This document shows, piece after piece, positions 11,648-23,348 of a DNA stretch of 64,000 nucleotides. Made by a program: the position numbers and the translations under genes. The notes below the pieces were generated by a model. The model had not been told where the DNA came from and ran no database searches. It saw nothing but the letters and a program-made list of their open reading frames with translations. This DNA comes from Rebecca billardiae RCC1528 (taxonomy: Eukaryota; Protista; Haptophyta): the NCBI GenBank assembly GCA_965240325.2, contig OZ251246.1:744001-808000 (forward strand). The letters run 5' to 3'. Positions within the stretch are counted from its first letter, which is position 1; each line of letters begins with the position of its first letter.

Positions 11648-12323
11648 CGAGCTCAGACGAGCGTGCGGCTTTGCTAGCGGATGAGGAATGTGGGCGCACC
11701 GACGATCGTCACGGAGGACGCGGCAAATGTATGCAGCGATGCTCGCCCGCGCGCCGCGGTCTCGACTTCGGGACACGTGCGTGGACAAGCGCGCAGACAA
11801 GCCTGTGATGCGTCGTCACCGTGCGGCATCGGGTGAGTTCCGCCGCTCCGGACAGTCGCGACCGGACTGGTCGCCGAGCGCGCGCTCCCACCGCGTTCGA
11901 CGTCACTTCGGTAGTATTATTATTAGTAAGCTAGCAGACTAAGTACTAGCTACGACGGTTGCCAGGCAGGTTCAAGTTATGATTCAAGTACCGCCAGGTC
12001 CAGAGTGACTCCTGGTACTACGAGCGTGTCCATCACGAAATCCGATCGGCGCGGGAGATCGACTCGACGACTCGGCACTCAGCATCGACTCGTCATCACC
12101 CGATGATCACGTTAGTCGTTACCCGATGGCGATGTGACTCGCATGAGACTCGCGCGGTCCGCCGCGCCGGTCACGCTCACAGCAGTGTCGGCATCAGTCG
12201 ACAGCGTCACTCACAGCAGCCAGCACTCGGGGCCGCGAGCGGCAGGCATCCACCCGCGCTGGCACCGCGGCCACGCTCTCGGCGCCGCGGCCTCCGACTG
12301 CCCTCAGGCAGTCGGCCCCGCGC

Positions 12324-15233
12324 TCAGACGAACGCCCAGATCTCCACCTTGAGCACCTCGAACTCGGGCTCTGCCGCGAGGCACTGGTTGGAGCCGAACG
12401 TGTCTGAGGGGCCGCTGCTGCCGCGCTCGAACGCGTCGTCGAGGCGGAGGGCGAAGTGCGGGCCCGAGCCGAAGGCGAGGCTGGTCGGCTCGGCGAGCAG
12501 GAAGAAGGAGTTGGCGCGCGACCAGCGGTGCACGCGGAACTCCGGGTGCACCTGGAAGACGCACGACTCGCCCGTGCCGTGGTAGTGTCCATCCAGGCTC
12601 GGCTCGACGGACGAGAACGCGCCGAACACGAAGCCCGACGCGTCGCGCACGAGCAGGATGAAGGGCCCGCAGCCGCGCGCGCGGTCGTACGCCGTGTGCA
12701 GCGAGCAGCCATGCTGCTCGGTCGAGTAGAGCAGCATCCAGTCCTTGATCCCCAGCCGGCGCGGCAGCACCTCGCGGCAGAGCCGGCGCAGACTTGGTCC
12801 GAGCACGAGGGCGGGCGGGTCGCACGTCGAGTCGAAGAGGCGCGGCGTCCAGCGCTCAGAGACGGCGCGGACGATCTGCGGCAGGGAGAGCCCGGCGAGC
12901 GAGGACGCGCTGAAGCCGCCGCCGGCGCAGCAGCCGTCGCCCACGTGCTGCGGCGGGCGGAGCGCCGCGCTCACGTGCCCCAGCACTGGCTCCTCCGGCA
13001 GAAGTCCCTCTGTGTCCTCCGTCACACGGAGCGGGTCCAGCCCGCGCGGGTCGCAGCCGGCGAGCTCGAAGGAGGAGGAGGAGCCGACGCGCGCGGCGGG
13101 CGGGCGCGCCTTGCGCGGCGGCGTGGCCGAGCGGCGCTGCGGCGTGCCGCCGCGCGCGGGCTGCTGCTGCGCGGACGGCGGCGTCGCGCCGCCCGCGCCC
13201 GCGCACGCCCGCCCCCATGGGTTGGGTGAATTCCGACCACCGCCGCCGCCGCCGCGCCTGGCCATCAGCTGGCCTTCGCCGCAGCCGGCGGCGGCGGCGG
13301 TGGCGCTGCCGCCGCCGCCACCGCCCGCGGGGGCGCCGCCGCCGCCGCCGCCACCGCCATCGCCCTCGGCGCCGCCGCCGTCGCCGCCCGCGCCCACGTG
13401 CGCCGCGCCGCCGCCGCCGCCGCCGCCGCCGCTCCCGCCGCCACTCGCCGCACCGCCCTCCTCGTCCGCGGCCGCGCGCCTCGCAGCCTCCTGCTCGTGC
13501 GCCGCCCACGAGTTCTTCTTGCGCGCCCTGCGCGTGTGCAGGTTGCGGCGCGCGGTGCCCTCCAGCAGGCGCAGCAGCCGCATCAGCCATCGCAGCGTGT
13601 GCCGCGCGCGCGCAGTCGTGCGCCGGCGCTGCGAAGCGGCGGGCGACGGCGGCGCGGCCACCGCGCCGCCCGGCCCCGGCGCGAGGAGAGGAGCAGAGTC
13701 CGCCGCCTCCGGGTCGCGGAACAAGAGCTCGGAGGCGTGCTCTCGCGCGCTCGCGAGCGCGGGCCGCAGCCCGCCGGCCGTCACGTACGAGCGCCGCGCG
13801 ACCACGGCGAGTGTGAGGCCGCACAGGCAGAGCTCACACGTCCACAGCAGCGCGCGCCAGCCGTTCGCGCCGCCGCTCTGCAGCCGACTGTTCATCAGGT
13901 GCGCACCCAGACGGTCGCCCGCGAGCGCCGAGTTGCCGAACAGGGCGAGCGAGCCGGGGGCGATGACGAGCTTGCCCGCGCCGACGTCCGAGCCCGGCCT
14001 GCGCGAGGCGGGGAGCGGGGTCTCCGCCGCGGAGGCGAGGGCGGCGGCGTGAGACGCAGCAGCCCCTGCGACGCGCGCGCCCAGGGCCCAGGCAGCCGCG
14101 GCGGCGCCGCCGCCCTGCTCCGCGCCTGCGGGCGGAGCGCCGCCGCCGTCGCCGTCGCCGCCATCCGGCGCGCCCCGCGGGTCGCCCGAGCCGCCCGCGC
14201 GCGCGGAGGGCTCGGCGCCGCCCGGCCCGTCCGCCGCCTCGCCGAAGCCCGACATGTCCGCCTCGCCCTCGGTCGGGCCCGCCGCCTGTTGACCGTCGCT
14301 CGCGCCCGCCGCCTCCGGCCCGGCCTCGGTCAGGCCCGCAGCCTCCGGCGCGGAGAATGGCGCGCCCACGGCGGGCGGCGCGTCGGCCGCGCCGCCGCCG
14401 TCCGCCGCGCCCGCGGTGGGGCGCTCGCCCGCCTCGCCGCCGGGCTGCTCGCCGCCCTCCGCGCCCGGACCGAGCAGCTCTTTGCGCTGCGGCCGGCCCT
14501 GAGTGTCCGGTGCCGACGCGCCGCCGGCACCGGGCAGCTCGGCTGCGGCGCGCGCGCGCTCCTGTGGCGCCAGGACGGGAGCGCTGCGGGCCGCCCGCTC
14601 GTCCGCCTCCGCGGGTGGGGTGGCCGACACCGGCAGCGCGGTTGGTACGGCGGGCTCGGCCGCGCCAACGCCGCCGAAGCCGTCGCTGCCGTCGCGCTGC
14701 GCTGGCGCACGGCTGGGCGCGGAGTCTGCGCCGCTCACACCGCCGCCGCCGCCGCCGAAGCCGTCGCTGAAGCCGCCGTCCCGCGGCGTTGGCGCGTCCG
14801 TCGGGAGGGCGTCGAGCCGCGCCGGCGCAGCGAACGGATCCACGCGCTCGGTCGCGTCCGCCGCGGCCACGCCGGCGCCGCCCAGCGGTGTGCGCGCCGC
14901 CGCCACCCCGCTGCCGGCGGCACCCAGGGCAGTCGCGGCGTCGTGCGTCGCGGGAGACTGAGCGAGGGCTGCGTACGTCGATTCTGGCGCGCTGGACGCC
15001 AGCCCAGACAGCTCGGGCGCTGCGCTCCTCCCCGCGCCCGACAGCGCGCCCACGATCGATTGGCTGCCGTCGGGAGCCGCGCCGCCGAGCGCGCGAGCCA
15101 TCGCGACGTGATGCGCGCCGACTGGCTCGGCGGCGCGCACGGGCTCGAACGGCGCTGGCGCGCCGTCGTTCGCGCGCATGGCGCGCGGGAGCAGCGCGAC
15201 CGCCGCGAGCACCACCGGCAGGCCTCGGCGCAT
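12324..15233 (-). CDS. TLDc (OXR1/NCOA7-like) domain protein with signal peptide and one TM segment
   Basis: C-terminal TLDc motifs WMLLYSTEQHGCSL, VFGAF, GTGESCVF, LAFGSG, LRLDDAF...S.TFG. Hydrophobic N-terminus MRRGLPVVLAAVALL; TM segment near 13798-13860. The start is inferred. Confidence 0.8.
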   Translation of the reverse strand: MRRGLPVVLAAVALLPRAMRANDGAPAPFEPVRAAEPVGAHHVAMARALGGAAPDGSQSIVGALSGAGRSAAPELSGLASSAPESTYAALAQSPATHDAATALGAAGSGVAAARTPLGGAGVAAADATERVDPFAAPARLDALPTDAPTPRDGGFSDGFGGGGGGVSGADSAPSRAPAQRDGSDGFGGVGAAEPAVPTALPVSATPPAEADERAARSAPVLAPQERARAAAELPGAGGASAPDTQGRPQRKELLGPGAEGGEQPGGEAGERPTAGAADGGGAADAPPAVGAPFSAPEAAGLTEAGPEAAGASDGQQAAGPTEGEADMSGFGEAADGPGGAEPSARAGGSGDPRGAPDGGDGDGGGAPPAGAEQGGGAAAAAWALGARVAGAAASHAAALASAAETPLPASRRPGSDVGAGKLVIAPGSLALFGNSALAGDRLGAHLMNSRLQSGGANGWRALLWTCELCLCGLTLAVVARRSYVTAGGLRPALASAREHASELLFRDPEAADSAPLLAPGPGGAVAAPPSPAASQRRRTTARARHTLRWLMRLLRLLEGTARRNLHTRRARKKNSWAAHEQEAARRAAADEEGGAASGGGSGGGGGGGGAAHVGAGGDGGGAEGDGGGGGGGGAPAGGGGGGSATAAAAGCGEGQLMARRGGGGGGRNSPNPWGRACAGAGGATPPSAQQQPARGGTPQRRSATPPRKARPPAARVGSSSSFELAGCDPRGLDPLRVTEDTEGLLPEEPVLGHVSAALRPPQHVGDGCCAGGGFSASSLAGLSLPQIVRAVSERWTPRLFDSTCDPPALVLGPSLRRLCREVLPRRLGIKDWMLLYSTEQHGCSLHTAYDRARGCGPFILLVRDASGFVFGAFSSVEPSLDGHYHGTGESCVFQVHPEFRVHRWSRANSFFLLAEPTSLAFGSGPHFALRLDDAFERGSSGPSDTFGSNQCLAAEPEFEVLKVEIWAFV

Positions 15234-15410
15234 GCCGACGGCCTCGCCCGGAGCCGCGTGCGGCGCGCGGATCCCAACCCGTCCTTGGTCCTCAGCGCCT
15301 CGCCCGCTTTGCACGCCCACTGATGACGATGGCGGCCCGAGCTCGTCGGAAGTCTTTTGGCGGACGGAGGAACTGAGCACCCGCCGCACCGTCACGCACG
15401 CGGCGGCGGG

Positions 15411-18150
15411 ATGGAGGCGCTGGCGAACGCGGCCGAGTCGGCGGGGCTGCTGGGCGCGGCGCACCGCGCGAAGGCGCTGCTCAGCACCGCGGCCGCGCGC
15501 TTCACGCCAGAGCCTGCCGCCGCCGCCGCCGAGGCCCACGCCGCCATTGCTGTGCAGCGCGCCGCGCGCGCGTGGCTGCGCCGCAAGGCGCGCGAGCGAG
15601 GCGCGCGCGCGCGCGCGGCGGAGGAGTCGGCGGCGCTGTCGCTGCTCCGCTCGGAGCGCACGTACGTGCGCACCCTCGCCGCGCTGCAGCAGACCTACCT
15701 CCTGCCGCTCGACGGCGTCCTCTCGCCCCCGCTGCACCGGGCGCTCTTTTCGCGCGTCGGCGGCGTCGTGCGCGCGCACAGCGCGCTCGTGGCGGCGCTC
15801 GAGGAGATCGAGGTGGCGCACGTGCTCGACGCGAGCCCCGAGGCGCAGTCACTCGCGCTGCTCGGCGCGCTCGACGCCGGCGTCGACCTCGGCGCGTACG
15901 AGCGCTACGCCCACCACTTTGGCGCGCGCGCGCTCGGGGCGCTCTGCTGTGCTCTCGAGAGCGAGCCTCAGCTGAGCGCGGCGGTGCGCGAGTGCGCGGC
16001 GGGAGACGACGGGGCGTCGGCGCCCGCGCTCGCGCAGCTCCTCGCCGCGCCGCTCGAGCGCCCGGCCACGCTCGCGCGGTACGTTGAGCGCGTGCGCGCG
16101 GCTGCGGCGATGCGCGCGTCGCCTTGGGCACCCGACGCGGCGGCGCGTCAGCCGGGCGCGGCGGTGCAGGCGGTGGTCGCGCGCGGCGCGGCGCTCGGGG
16201 CGCGGCTGCGCGGCGCCGCCGACCGCATCGCCGCCGCGCTCGCGTACTACGAGCGCTGCGCCGCCGTGAACGCCGCCGCCATGCGCTTTCGCGCCGACCC
16301 GTCGGCCGGCTGGCTGCTCCGGTCGAGCGAGTGGGCGCTGGAGGCCGGACCGCCGTGGCTGGCCGGGCCCGCCGCCGCCGCGCTGGCGCAGGGCGGCGAG
16401 GGCGGGCGGCTCGGCGGCGCGGGCGCGTCGGCGCGCGAGGCGGAGCCGCCCGCGCGCGCCGCCGCCGCCGCGACCTCGGCCGCCGCGGCCGCGCCCGCCG
16501 CCGGCGCGGCCGCCGCGCCGCGCGCCGCGCCGCGCGATGGCGAGCGCGCGCCGCCTGCGCTGGCAGTAGTGGCGCTCCGGCCGCACGCGAGCGCGGAGGA
16601 GCGCGCGCAGGCGGACGCGCCCGGCGGCGCGGAGCCCGACGCGGGCCAGCCCGCGCGCGCCGAGCCGCGCGCGCACCCGCCGCCGCCGCCGCCGATGCTG
16701 ACTCGGCTCGGCGCGGCGCGCGCGCGCGAGCGCGCGCTGTGCGCGCACGGCTGGGTGGCGGCTCGGTCCAAGCTGAGCCGGCACCGCCGTTACTTCCTGC
16801 TCTTCTCCGACGTGCTGCTGACGGCGGAGGAGGACAGGGGCGCGGCGCGCGCGCAGCAGCGCGCGGCGGCGGCGGCGCACGCCGGCGCTGACGCCGACGG
16901 CTGGGCCGCTGTCTGGGCGTCAGCGTCGGCGGCGCTCGCGGGCGTTGGCGGCGGCGGCGGCGGCGGCGGCGGCGCTGGTCTGCTCAAGCTTCGAAAAACG
17001 TTCGATGTCGCTGAGCTCTCGTTGCGCGTGCCCCCGCCCAGCGGCGGCGGCGGCGAGGCCCCGGATCCTGCTCTGCACCCGCCGCAGCCGCAGCCGCAGC
17101 AGCACGTGCTCGAGCTGCTGGGCACAGTCACGGCTCTGCCACCAGGGCAGCTGCTGCTCCGGGGCGGCGCCGAGAGCGGGGCGGCCTGCGGCGAGGCGGG
17201 CGCGGCGGGCGGGCCCACGGGCGAGGACGAGCCAACGCAGCCGCACGGCTCGTCCGCCACCGCGCCGCCGCAGCCGCCGCAGGGCGAGGAGAGTGCCCCC
17301 GAGAAGACCGTTACGAAGACGGTTACGCTCTTCTTCCCGACAGCCGCCGAGCGCGGACAGTGGGCGCGCGCGCTGACGGACGCCATCCTGGCGCGGGTCG
17401 GCGGGCCCGAGGCGAGGGCGGTGCGCGAGGCGGTGCGCCGGCTGAGCGCGCACGGCGCCGAGCGCGCGGATCAGCCCGGCGCGCCTATCCACCCGCCCGC
17501 CGCCGCCGCCCTGCCGCCGGCGGAAGCAGCGGAGGCCGCTCAGTCAGAGCCCGCCTCGGCCGCGTGGCCTCCGGCAGTGCCGCCGCCACTGCCCACCGCC
17601 CGCGAGCTGTGCGTCGGGTACGGCGTGGAGCACGGGCTGGTGCACGGCACCGCGCACGCGGCCGCGCGCGCGGGCGACTGCGCCGCGCTGCTCCGGCTGG
17701 CGAGTGCGATGGCGGGCGGCGCGGCGGGCGGCGGCCACCGCTCAGCCGAGCCCACCCCACCCGCCTCCCCGGCAGGCGGGCGCGCGCGGTACGGCGCGCT
17801 GCGCGCATCGGCTGACAGCGCGTCCGCGAGCCTCGGTGCGTGCGCGGATGGCGGCCTGGCCGAGCCGCCGCGCGCCGGCGGCGCGCAGCAGCCCGCTGCG
17901 GGCGCGGCGCCTTTCAGCCTCCCGTGGCAGCGCGCGCGGCACGCGGGCGCGTCCGCGTCTGAGGGCAGAGGCGCGTGCGACGGCAGCGGTGCGCGGCGCT
18001 CGCGCGCGCACTCGCTCAAGCTGCCGCTTGGCCTTGGCGCCCTCGGCGGCGGCGGCGGCGGCGGAGGCAGAAGCGCGCCGAGCCCGAGCGCACTCCGTCG
18101 GTGCGGGAGCGGCACTGAGAGCGTCGCGTCGACGGACGCGAGCGGCGGCA

Positions 18151-18239
<89 letters not shown>

Positions 18240-21200
18240 CCAGGCGACGGCCCAGGCGGCGGCCCAGGCGGCGGCGTGGCTTCGCCGATCACCCCGCCCG
18301 CCCGCACCGGCGCCGGCTCGGCGCTCGCCCTGCGCCACGCCGCGCAGCTCGCGCACGAGGCCGCGGCCACCGCCGAGTGCGCCCCCAGCACGCCCGTCGA
18401 GAGCCTTCTGGGCTCGCGCGTGCTAATGGCCGCGGACTCGCCACCGCGCCGGCGCGGCGCTGCGCAGCGTCGCGGCGCGGCCACGACGGCGGATGATGAG
18501 ATGCTGCCGGCCGAGGCGGGCGTCACGCTGGCTGTCCCGCCGACCGGCTCGCAGCCTCGGCCCGGGGGAGGCCCGCGTGGGCACGAGCGCTCGCCCGCCG
18601 ACGCGCTTGGCGGTGCCGGCGCGGCGGCGGCGGCGGCAGGCCAGGCGGCGGCGGCGGAGCTAGCCCACGCGGCGGCGGCTTCCGACCGCTCGGCGGCGCG
18701 GGCAGCGCACCTCGGCGCGCCCGACGACGACGACGCCGGGGCGGAGGGGCTGTGGCGGCCGCCGAGCGCCGACGGCGCCGCCGGTGCGCCGAGCGCGCTC
18801 GCGGCCGGCCTCGACTTCGCCCGTGCCACGCCGCTGCACGTGGCTGCGTGGGCAGGCGAGCTCGGCGCCGTGCAGCTGCTGCTGCAGCCGCCACTCGAAG
18901 CGGACGTGCACGCGGCTGACGCGCTCGGCCTCGGCCCTCTGCACCTCGCCGCGGCGGCGGGGCACGCCGACGTCGTCAGCACGCTCCTGGCCGCGCGCGC
19001 CGACGCGCGCGGCCGCGTGCGCGCGGCCGCGCTACCCCGGCTGCACCCGCCGTCGATGCCGCCGTCGGCGCGCGCGACGGCCGCGGGGCCGGCGGCGGCG
19101 CGCGGCGGCGGGCGCGGCGGCCTCGCGCCCGTCTCCCCGCTGGCGCTGGCCGTGGAGGGCGGGCACGTGGACGTGGCGCGGCTGCTGCTGCGCGCGGGCG
19201 CGGCGCCGGACGCACCTCTGCACCGTGAGGACGAGCGCACGCCGCTGCTGATGGCGGCGCGCGCGGCCGACGCGGAGGCCGTGGACGCTCTGTTGCACGC
19301 GGGCGCGCGCGCGGGCGGCGGGCGGGGCTGGGGCCGCCCAAGCCCAAGAGAGGCGCGCTCGCCCTTGGGCGGGCGCGCGGGCGAGGAGACGGCGCTGCAC
19401 GCGCTGCTGCGCGGCGCCGCGGACGGCTCGGCGCCTCTGCCGGAGGCGCGCGCGTGCGCGCAGCTGCTGCTGGAGCAAGGCGCGTGCGCCAACGCGCCCG
19501 ACATCAACGGTGCGTGGGCGCGCGGGCGCCGCGGCGCGCGGCGCTGTGCTGAGCTGGGCGCCGAGGGCACCGGGCGGCGTGGCTCGCGCGCGGCGCGGGC
19601 TGCCGGCCGGCGCGCGACAGCGCGCGCGCGCGCGCGGCGGTTGGGCCGTTACGCGGCCGTTACGCGCGGGCACGGCGGAGGCGGTTGGGCCGGCCCCGGG
19701 CCCTTCGGGCGCGCGCCCACGGGCTGCGCGCGCAGCCCCCTGCGCCCCGGCGCCGCCGCCGCCTCCGCCGTGCCCGCGCGTGACGGCCGTGCGTGCCTGC
19801 CAGCGCGCTGTCACGGCGCTGTAACGGCCGCGTAACCGCCGGTGGCCTCCCGTGCGCGCGCGCAGGCCTGAGCCCTCTGCATCTGCTCGCGGCCGCGCTC
19901 TATGACAGCAGCCTCGACCAATCAGAGCTCGAGGACCTGGCCGCGCTGGCGCACACGCTCTGCCGGTGCGTGCGCGCGCGCGTGCGTGCGCAGCGGAGCG
20001 GGCTCCCCGCGAGCCGCCCAGCAGCGCGCGCGCGCGCCGGCGCACGCACCGGCCGGCACGCGCGGCTCACGCGCGCGGCCGCTGTGGGGCTTGCGCGGCG
20101 GCGCGCGCGCAGCTACGGCGCGCGCACCCTGATCCAGTCGCACGTGCAGCCAGTCACGCGAGTGCTGCTCGCGCACGCGCGCGTGGCGGCGGCGGCGGCG
20201 GCGGCAGAGGTGCGAAGTGCGCCCGGGCCCTCTCTCCCCTGCCGCGGCGCGCGGCGCGCGGCGCGCGGCCCGGCGCGCGGCGCGGCGCGTGGCGCGGTGG
20301 CGCCTGGCGTGGCGCCTGCTGCCGCCTGCTCACAACGCCGCGCCCCGCGCCGCGCTCGCCTCGCCCCCTGCCGGCCCTGCGTGCGCTCGTGTGCCGGCGA
20401 ATCCCTCTTGTACTCCTTCCCTTGAAACCATGTTCTCTTTGAAATATATGATATATATGATGATTGCGCGCGTCTTTTTTTTGGTGCAGGCCGCGTTTGC
20501 GCAGGCGGCGCACGTGCCGCGGCTGGCCAGCCCGACGCTGCTGCCGCCGGCGGTGGCGGCGCTGACGCGGCTGGGCTGGCAGCCGGACAGCGAGGCGCGC
20601 GCGTGCGCCGCGTGCGCCGCGCCCTTCACCGACGCCGTCCGCCGGCACCACTGCCGGCTCAGCGGCCGCGTGGTCTGCGCGCGCTGCTCAACCAAGCGCG
20701 CCGCCCTTGGCTGGGTGGAGGGGGGGCGACCGTGCAGGGTGGCGGACCACTGCTACGCGGCGCTGTGCGCCGCCGAGGCTGCGTTCGGGGGCGCGCCCGA
20801 CGCGCGGCGGGCGCAGGGCGCGGCAGCGGGCGCGGCGCAGCCAGCCGCGCAGCCATCGGCCGCCGCCGAGCCCGCCGCCGCCGCGGCCGCAGGGCCCTCC
20901 TCCCACCGGCCCCCGCTGGCCGGCGCCGGGCCGGTCGGCGCGACCGCCGCGCGGCAGCCGCCGCCGCAGCACGCCGCCGCCGCGGCCTCCGCGGGCTCGG
21001 CCGCCGCGGACGCGAAGAGCGGGCTGCAGGAGCGCGGCCGGCAGCTCGAGCACCTCGCCGACCGCACCGCCGCCATGCACAGCGAGGCGGAGGCGCTGTA
21101 CCACTACGCTCGGAGGGTTCGACTCGAGAGCGAGGCGCGCGCCGGCGGCGCGGCCGGCGCGGCCAAGCAGGCGGGCGCGCGGCGGGGCGGGGCTGGGGGC

Positions 21201-21269
21201 CGGCCGGGTGGCGACGGGAGCGCCGCCGGCAGCGACGGCAGCAGCGCCGGCCGTTGGCCTTTCGGCTGA
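15411..21269 (+). CDS. IQ - RhoGEF(DH) - PH - ankyrin - FYVE - R-SNARE multidomain protein (4 exons)
   Basis: IQ: IAVQRAARAWLRRK. DH: LLRSERTYVRTL...LLAAPLER. PH: RYFLLFSDVLL. ANK: TPLHVAA, GPLHLAAAAGH. FYVE: WQPD..CAAC..RRHHCR. Tomosyn-like LQERGRQLEHLADRTAAM. Introns about 19510-19865, 19966-20112, 20210-20489. Confidence 0.85.
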
Positions 21270-21518
21270 GCGCCTCACTTTGGCCGCCGCTGCTGGCCGC
21301 CGCCAGTGAGTGACTGCGGCCAGACACATAAGTGGATCGTTCCGGCTGTAGCGGCCCGTCCGGTCCGGGGGCGTTCGAGGCGGAGTTCCGACGACAGTAT
21401 TTGCGCGCGCTGCCGCGCTCGACCGCTCGTCCTCACAACCTGAACACCGCAGTGGCGCCGCGCACGGTGCGCCCGCCGTCCGCAGCCGCTAGCAAAGCCG
21501 CACGCTCGTCTGAGCTCG

Positions 21519-23348
21519 ATGCATCCAAGCGCTGCGGAGGCGCTGCTCACCGAGGCCAAAGCTCGCGCGTCGAAGCTCGATCACAAGCGGCTTGACCTTG
21601 AGAAGGTGGAGACCCTCCTCAGCGCGCTGCGCGCCCAGCCTCCAAACACCAAGGCGATCGTCGCGGCGCTCGTCCCGTTCTGCGTCGATTGCGACGACGA
21701 CGTAGACCTTGCCACGGAGGCGATCGTCCGATCGGAGGCTTTGTCGGCGCTGGTGCAGCTCCTCGCGCCTGCGCGCACCGCTGAGGTTCAGCTGGCTGCC
21801 CTGACAGCCATCTTTGCTCTGAACCTCAGCGTTGGTGGTCGTGTGTCTCGAGCGCTCATCGACTGTGACCTCATCCGGCCGCTGGTATCGCTGCTGGGCT
21901 CGGCCGAGGAGTGCGTGCAAGTCCGGGCAGCACTTCTGCTCGGGTACATTGCCTGGGCTGCTCCAGCACATCAGATCACAGAGGCGGGCTTCAGCATGCC
22001 ACAGATCATCCCGCTGCTGCGCTCTGCAAGCGGGATTGTGCAAGGGGATGCAGCACGTGCCATCGGCGCCTTCGCCAGGCCGCCCGCCCTGTGGCTGCTG
22101 GGCGAGAGCGCTCTGGCCGATGCCATCCCGCCGCTCGTGTCGGTGCTGGGGTCTGGCGACGCCCGCGCGCAGCTCGGGGCAGCGATGGCCATACGCTCAC
22201 TCGCTGACTCCACGGCGCGCCACACGGCATTGATGGGCGGGGGCCTCTGCGCGCGCATGGTGCAGCTGCTGCTGGCCACGTGGGAGGGCTCTGGCCATGC
22301 GCGTGAGCGGTCCGACGCATTGTCCCATGCTGCTGGAGCGCTGCAGTACATCTTCGAGAAGAGCGCCGAGCATCGCGTGGCCATTGCGAGCACGCCTGGC
22401 CTTGTCGGCGCGCTGATGCGCATTCGGCACAGCTCTGAGGAGAAGGTGGGGCGCGATGCTGTATCGAAGGTGGAGATATTGCTCGAGTTCATGCTGCGTT
22501 ACGGCGACGAAGGCATGCACCGCCTTCTGCTCATCTCAGCAGGCGAGTCGCACGCACAGCTCGCCCACAGCGAGGCCGGGCTGCGCGGTGCGCATGCGCG
22601 GCTGCATGCCAAGCTGAGCGCTCTGGCCGATGCGGTGGGCGAGCCCACGCGGCAGCACGACGTGGTGCTGCGGTGCGCGGACGGCACCGAGCTCGGCGCG
22701 AGCGGGCTGCTACTCGCGCGGCACTCCGAGTACTACGAGGCGCAGCTGCGCGGCGGGCTGGCGGAGGGCAGCCAGCGCGAGGTCCGGGCCGACCCGGACT
22801 TCTCCGGCGCGGCGCACGAGGCGCTGCTGCGCCAGCTGCACTCGGCGGGCGAGGTGCCGCTGCCGGCCGAGCCGTCGGTGCTGCTCGAGCTGCTGCGACT
22901 GGCGAGCAAGCTGCAGCCGCCAACGCCACCAGCGGCTGCGGTCATGGAGGACGCGCCTGCCGCGCACGCCGAGGCCAACGTGCTGACAGGTGTGGCGCGT
23001 CGGTGCGAGGACGCGCTGCTGGCTGCTCTGGACGTGGACAACTGCCTCGACCTGCTGCGGCACGCCAAGGCGGCGGGCGGGTGCGCTCGGCTGGTGGAGG
23101 GCGTGCGCGCGCTGGCAAAGGAGGAAATCAAGGTGATCGTGAAGCAGGAGCGCTGGGCGGCGTACGTCCGCGACGACCCGGTCGAGGCGTGTGCACTGAT
23201 GCAGGCGCTTGCCGTCGATTTGGCCGTCGATTTGGCTGACGAGCGCGCGTCCAAGCGGCTGCGCGTGCAGGATGATGACTCCGTGACGATGACTCCTTTG
23301 ATGTCCAGTCTGCCGTCTACTGACGTGGGTGCGTCCGCCCAAGACTAA
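21519..23348 (+). CDS. Armadillo-repeat + BTB/POZ protein, copy B (intronless)
   Basis: Inverted paralog of 9872-11647; the BTB half is nearly identical. Confidence 0.8.
   Translation: MHPSAAEALLTEAKARASKLDHKRLDLEKVETLLSALRAQPPNTKAIVAALVPFCVDCDDDVDLATEAIVRSEALSALVQLLAPARTAEVQLAALTAIFALNLSVGGRVSRALIDCDLIRPLVSLLGSAEECVQVRAALLLGYIAWAAPAHQITEAGFSMPQIIPLLRSASGIVQGDAARAIGAFARPPALWLLGESALADAIPPLVSVLGSGDARAQLGAAMAIRSLADSTARHTALMGGGLCARMVQLLLATWEGSGHARERSDALSHAAGALQYIFEKSAEHRVAIASTPGLVGALMRIRHSSEEKVGRDAVSKVEILLEFMLRYGDEGMHRLLLISAGESHAQLAHSEAGLRGAHARLHAKLSALADAVGEPTRQHDVVLRCADGTELGASGLLLARHSEYYEAQLRGGLAEGSQREVRADPDFSGAAHEALLRQLHSAGEVPLPAEPSVLLELLRLASKLQPPTPPAAAVMEDAPAAHAEANVLTGVARRCEDALLAALDVDNCLDLLRHAKAAGGCARLVEGVRALAKEEIKVIVKQERWAAYVRDDPVEACALMQALAVDLAVDLADERASKRLRVQDDDSVTMTPLMSSLPSTDVGASAQD

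Noticed and set aside
18150-18238. (GGC)n tracts (also 6327-6382)
   Set aside because: Ordinary coding poly-Gly linkers.
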